Source of the DNA: a bacterium
GTDB lineage: Bacteria; Fidelibacterota; Fidelibacteria; Fidelibacterales; Fidelibacteraceae
DNA length: 64,000 nt
Assembly: GCA_963676395.1 (NCBI GenBank)
Contig: OY781066.1
Span: forward strand, 1,856,001-1,920,000
Reading direction: 5' to 3'
The notes under the pieces are model-generated. The model worked only from the letters and a program-made list of their open reading frames with translations. It ran no database searches and was not told the DNA's origin. The position numbers were made by a program, and so were the translations under genes. This document shows positions 60,180 through 64,000 of the stretch, one piece after another. Position 1 is the first letter of the stretch, and each line of letters begins with the position of its first letter.

Positions 60180-61550
60180 ATGGCATACAAAGTAGTAGTA
60201 GTTGGAGTAAATCATGCCGGTACGTCCGCAATAAGAACTCTTTTAGCCCAAAACTGCGAGCATAAAGTCGTAGCTTTTGATCGCAATACGAATATTTCTT
60301 TTCTTGGTTGCGGTATTGCACTTTCGGTATCTGGGGTCGTTAAAAATGTAAATGATCTTTTTTATTCGGATTATAATGAGCTTAAAAGTTATGGTGCTGA
60401 AGTTTTTATGAATACCGATGTATATAAGATTGATACTGATAAAAAAGTTGTTTATGCTCGCGATCTTGAAAATGGTAAAGAGTATAAAGAAAATTATGAT
60501 AAGCTGATTTATGCTGCCGGATCATGGCCAATTGAATTTAAACTTGAAAATGATCATTTAGAGAATATTCATATTTGTAAGCTTTTTCAGCATGCCGAAA
60601 CCTTGATCGAAAAAGCATCTGATCCAAATATTAATAGTGTTGCGGTTGTAGGTGCCGGATATATTGGCATGGAATTGGCAGAAGCCTATTACCTTAAAGG
60701 TAAGAAAGTCACACTCGTAGATCTTCAGGATCGGGTGGTGCCGGCCTATTTTGATCCGGAATTTACAGATAAGCTACAAAATGATATTCGAGAAGCCGGT
60801 GTTAATCTGTTATTGGGTGCTCGCGTTACAGGTTACCGTGGAAATAAAGAAGGTAAGGTCAAGCAAATTGTGACAGATCATGGTAACTATGATGCCGATC
60901 TGGTTATTCAATGCGTTGGATTTAAACCTAATACGGAGCTTCTACCGGATGCCGACAAACTTCCTAATGGCGCTTTAAAGGTTGATGCAACCATGATGAC
61001 GTCTATCCCTGATGTTTACGCTATTGGTGATACCGTTGCCACCTACCATGCAGCTTTAGATAAGCATGCTCATGTTGCTCTTGCAACCAATGCGGTTAAA
61101 GGTGGTGTTGTTGTTGCTTCTCAACTGAATGGTGTGGAAGCTGTAAAGTTGGAAAGTATTGCCGGAACAAACGCTATTTGTGTATTCGGTAATATGCTGG
61201 CTTCTACGGGAATGAGTGAAGCAGCGGCTAAAAAAGCGGGTTTTGATGTATCTGCTTCATTTTATGTTGATAATGACAGGCCTGAATTTATGAATGAGAC
61301 CGAAAAAGTTGGCATAAAATTGGTCTACGAAAAAGAAAGTTTAAGATTATTGGGTGCTCAGATAGGTTCAAGCGGTTCTACATCTCATACAGAAGCAATT
61401 TTCTATTTATCATTGGCTATACAGAAAAAAATGAATCTCTTGGAGCTTTCCATGACAGATGTTTACTTTTTACCTCATTTTAATAAACCTTTTAACTTTA
61501 TTATTTCGGCTATTTTGCAAGCTTTGGGTTTGCATTACATGAAAAAATAG
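60180..61550 (+). CDS. nox: FAD-dependent NADH oxidase (H2O-forming type)
   Basis: 'GVNHAG', redox Cys in 'NISFLGCGIAL', 'GAGYIG', 'YAIGD', 'LATNA', 'FLPHFNKP'. Confidence 0.88.
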   Translation: MAYKVVVVGVNHAGTSAIRTLLAQNCEHKVVAFDRNTNISFLGCGIALSVSGVVKNVNDLFYSDYNELKSYGAEVFMNTDVYKIDTDKKVVYARDLENGKEYKENYDKLIYAAGSWPIEFKLENDHLENIHICKLFQHAETLIEKASDPNINSVAVVGAGYIGMELAEAYYLKGKKVTLVDLQDRVVPAYFDPEFTDKLQNDIREAGVNLLLGARVTGYRGNKEGKVKQIVTDHGNYDADLVIQCVGFKPNTELLPDADKLPNGALKVDATMMTSIPDVYAIGDTVATYHAALDKHAHVALATNAVKGGVVVASQLNGVEAVKLESIAGTNAICVFGNMLASTGMSEAAAKKAGFDVSASFYVDNDRPEFMNETEKVGIKLVYEKESLRLLGAQIGSSGSTSHTEAIFYLSLAIQKKMNLLELSMTDVYFLPHFNKPFNFIISAILQALGLHYMKK

Positions 61551-61581
61551 GCTGAGTCAGAAGCCGGAATAATGTTTAAAT

Positions 61582-61615
61582 AGCCTTGTTTGTTTAATGA
61601 CGAACAAGGTTTTTT
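61582..61615 (+). terminator. Terminator after nox
   Basis: AGCCTTGTTTGT...ACGAACAAGGTT followed by a T-run. Confidence 0.7.
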
Positions 61616-61732
61616 ATTTATTCCTCGATAAACTTGGGGAAATTGAATAATAAAATGTTAATATTTACCTGATACTGAATTCAATTCTCAAATATTTGGT
61701 AACCTCTACCTAAAACTTAATCTCATTACTTA

Positions 61733-61754
61733 AAATGTGACCTCCATCACACTT
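61733..61754. promoter_or_regulatory. CRP/FNR-family-like box upstream of comEC
   Basis: AAATGTGA-CCTCCA-TCACACTT with a perfect TGTGA-N6-TCACA core. Confidence 0.55.
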
Positions 61755-61816
61755 ATTTTCTCTCACTGGATTCACTCAGTTATATTCTGTATATTTATTA
61801 AAACATCGAGGGGGAT

Positions 61817-63844
61817 ATGACGATTGATCTGAGCAAAACACCTGCTTTGCGATATGTGTTGTTTTTTTCTGTGGGACTGATTTTATCTCCTCTATTGGGT
61901 ATTTCTTTAAATTTATCCGTTGTTTTGTTGATTATTAGCCTTCTTGCTATCTTTTTTATAAAAACCGAAAAATTAAGAGATTTATGTTTTATTGTTTGTA
62001 TTGTGATTTGTGGGATGTTGCGCTTTTCATTGGCTGAAAATCAACACTTGGATAAGCGTCAGATATTATTTGAGGATAAAGAAAAGATCATTGTGGTGGT
62101 TTCACAAAAGACGACACCTTACCATTTGAATTCTTATATCATTATGTGCCGGGAGGCGGGAAAAAAGATCAAGGGTACGCTTTATGCTAAACGGGATATG
62201 CCGATTTTGTACCCCGGCAAAAGCTATCGCGTGTCGAATCTCTCAAGTAAAGTCATTGAAAAGCAAAAGAATCCATATGTATTTGATTATTATCGTTATG
62301 CCACCTCGAAAGGAATATCACATTCATTTAAAACCGGCAAACTGAGTCATTTTGATGAATTAGGAGTTGCTATTCCTTTGCGATATACGGCATATATGAT
62401 CAGAACTGATATTTCCACTCGTTATTTATCTGTATTGGGTATAGAAAAAGGATCTTTGGTAAACGGTTTGTTGCTGGGATTAAAATCCGAGATCCCCACA
62501 CATTTTTCCGATATGTTTAAAAGTCTGGGGATTTCACATCTTTTAGCCGTATCGGGCTTGCATGTTGGGTTGATCATGATGATTGTGTATCAGCTTCTGC
62601 AGGCCTTGGGACTCACAAGGGTTCCGCGAGTTATTGCCATCATATTGTTTCTAGCTTTTTATTGTTTACTTACAGGTGGCTCTGCATCTGTACTGCGCTC
62701 TTCCTTAATGTCCTCGACCTTGCTATTTGCACCCTTACTTGCCCGGAAATATCATGCTATGAATGCGGTAGCCAGTTCAGCTTTGATCTTATTGTTGGTT
62801 AATCCCTATGCTTTGCAGGATGTGGGTTTTCAATTTTCATTTTCTGCGGTGTTGGGTATTTTGATCGCCTATCCAAAATTTCGATCTTGGGTCGATCTGA
62901 AAGGTAAGCCTGCGTTAATAAAATATATTTGGGATATGTTGGCGGTGTCCATGAGCGCCGCTTTATTCACTGCACCCGTTGCTATGTTCTATTTTAATAA
63001 TTTACAATTGGCCTCGATGGCATTGAATTGTCTGGTAATACCCCTTACGACTGTGTGCATGGTTTCTGCAATTATTTGCCTTCCTTGCTTGTATTTACCT
63101 TCGTTTATTTCCGATCTGTTTTTACATGCGCTTGACCTCTCATTGGATGTCTTTCGCTTTGTTATTCGCCTTGCGTCTCGCTCGGGAATGTGGACTTTAG
63201 GTATTTCTTCTTACTATAAAGCTATATTTCTTGGCTTATTTGGTATTGCACTGACTTTTATTATTCTTGAAAAAAGAAAACATAAGGTTATGGTGGGTTT
63301 AGTTTGCTTTTTAGGCTCAATTATAATGTTTTATACTCAAAGTCGACCTGAGTTTATTGTACCTGTTCTTGAAAAAGGCAAATGTGCAATTTATCGAAGA
63401 GGTCGGAATGCTTTGTTGATTAATACCGGGGCTGTAAAATTCGGTTCGAACGACTACGATAAAAATATTAAAGCAATCTTAGAACATTTTGGTGTTTTAA
63501 ACGTAGTAGTAATGATTACGGAAATAAATAAGAATAAAACGGGGAATATTTTTAGGGTTAAGCAGGATTTTCGTGACTGTCCGCTGATTTTACCCGATAG
63601 CATCAGTGGACTGGAAGGAAGGCATAGCATTGTGAGAAAGGACAGTACAATTAATATTGCGGGTAAAAAAATCAATTTACATATCAGTGAAGGGAAAATT
63701 GCGCTGAGAATACCATTTGCGTGCGACAGCTTGATACTGCATGAAGATTCGATTGAAAACTATCCAATTATAAATATCGACAGGATTCGAGAAAAACCCA
63801 TACACCTTAGATCTTTCGGAAAAATTAAGTGTGAAATGGATTAA
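61817..63844 (+). CDS. comEC: ComEC/Rec2 competence DNA-uptake channel
   Basis: 'NPYVFDY..Y', 'GISHLLAVSGLHVG', 'ASVLRS', 'GFQFSF.AV'. The C-terminal MBL-like domain looks degenerate. Confidence 0.9.
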   Translation: MTIDLSKTPALRYVLFFSVGLILSPLLGISLNLSVVLLIISLLAIFFIKTEKLRDLCFIVCIVICGMLRFSLAENQHLDKRQILFEDKEKIIVVVSQKTTPYHLNSYIIMCREAGKKIKGTLYAKRDMPILYPGKSYRVSNLSSKVIEKQKNPYVFDYYRYATSKGISHSFKTGKLSHFDELGVAIPLRYTAYMIRTDISTRYLSVLGIEKGSLVNGLLLGLKSEIPTHFSDMFKSLGISHLLAVSGLHVGLIMMIVYQLLQALGLTRVPRVIAIILFLAFYCLLTGGSASVLRSSLMSSTLLFAPLLARKYHAMNAVASSALILLLVNPYALQDVGFQFSFSAVLGILIAYPKFRSWVDLKGKPALIKYIWDMLAVSMSAALFTAPVAMFYFNNLQLASMALNCLVIPLTTVCMVSAIICLPCLYLPSFISDLFLHALDLSLDVFRFVIRLASRSGMWTLGISSYYKAIFLGLFGIALTFIILEKRKHKVMVGLVCFLGSIIMFYTQSRPEFIVPVLEKGKCAIYRRGRNALLINTGAVKFGSNDYDKNIKAILEHFGVLNVVVMITEINKNKTGNIFRVKQDFRDCPLILPDSISGLEGRHSIVRKDSTINIAGKKINLHISEGKIALRIPFACDSLILHEDSIENYPIINIDRIREKPIHLRSFGKIKCEMD

Positions 63845-63907
63845 TGCTTCCAAGTGGAAGCTTAATTTCATATATTTTTTATATATACAAACCCAGAAAG
63901 GAAGAAA

Positions 63908-64000
63908 ATGAAAAAGATTGTTTATTTGCTAATTGCTCTGGTACTTATCAGCTCTTGTAGCACCTACTACGGGAAGTATGATTATGATCAATATTTTCAG
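63908..64000 (+). CDS. Lipoprotein, truncated by window end
   Basis: MKKIVYLLIALVLISSC lipobox, AAGGAAG SD. Confidence 0.6.
   Translation, partial: MKKIVYLLIALVLISSCSTYYGKYDYDQYFQ

Noticed and set aside
61550..61562. GGCTGAGTCAG as another copy of the array palindrome
   Set aside because: A single short match (CTGAGTCAG) with no 25-bp-spaced neighbours, compatible with chance.

Overview
A mostly housekeeping chromosomal window from an AT-rich, probably anaerobic diderm bacterium. An FCB-group lineage such as Marinimicrobia/Fidelibacterota is inferred from the rplM-rpsI-rpsB-tsf-pyrH-frr order, two proteins with 'YPNPFNP' C-terminal sorting domains, TAnnTTTG-like promoters and clear AGGAG Shine-Dalgarno sites. 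The left end (1-~7250) is a visibly more AT-rich island with a Shango-type antiphage system (TerB-N/C protein, DUF2791 ATPase, Lhr-like helicase) plus a CoiA-like nuclease and a membrane protein. Between nifJ and radA lies a REP-associated HUH/Y1 transposase (RAYT) and a divergent cupin gene. These are bracketed by two arrays of a 13-bp palindrome (AACCGAGTCGGTT) repeated every 24-25 bp with variable 11-12-nt spacers, the most unusual structure found. A CRP-like box occurs both between RAYT and cupin and upstream of comEC. A marR-ablA-ablB (N-epsilon-acetyl-beta-lysine osmolyte) operon with a readable promoter and operator, plus a PEPCK-like gene, sits between thrS and infC. The rest is translation genes, pheST-zapB-like-zapA-rny-folD, tamB/tamA-like, moxR-DUF58, an ABC exporter, trxA, acyP, nadE, nox and comEC. 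No rRNA, complete tRNA or CRISPR-Cas was seen. All family assignments come from motif recognition by eye, not from database searches.
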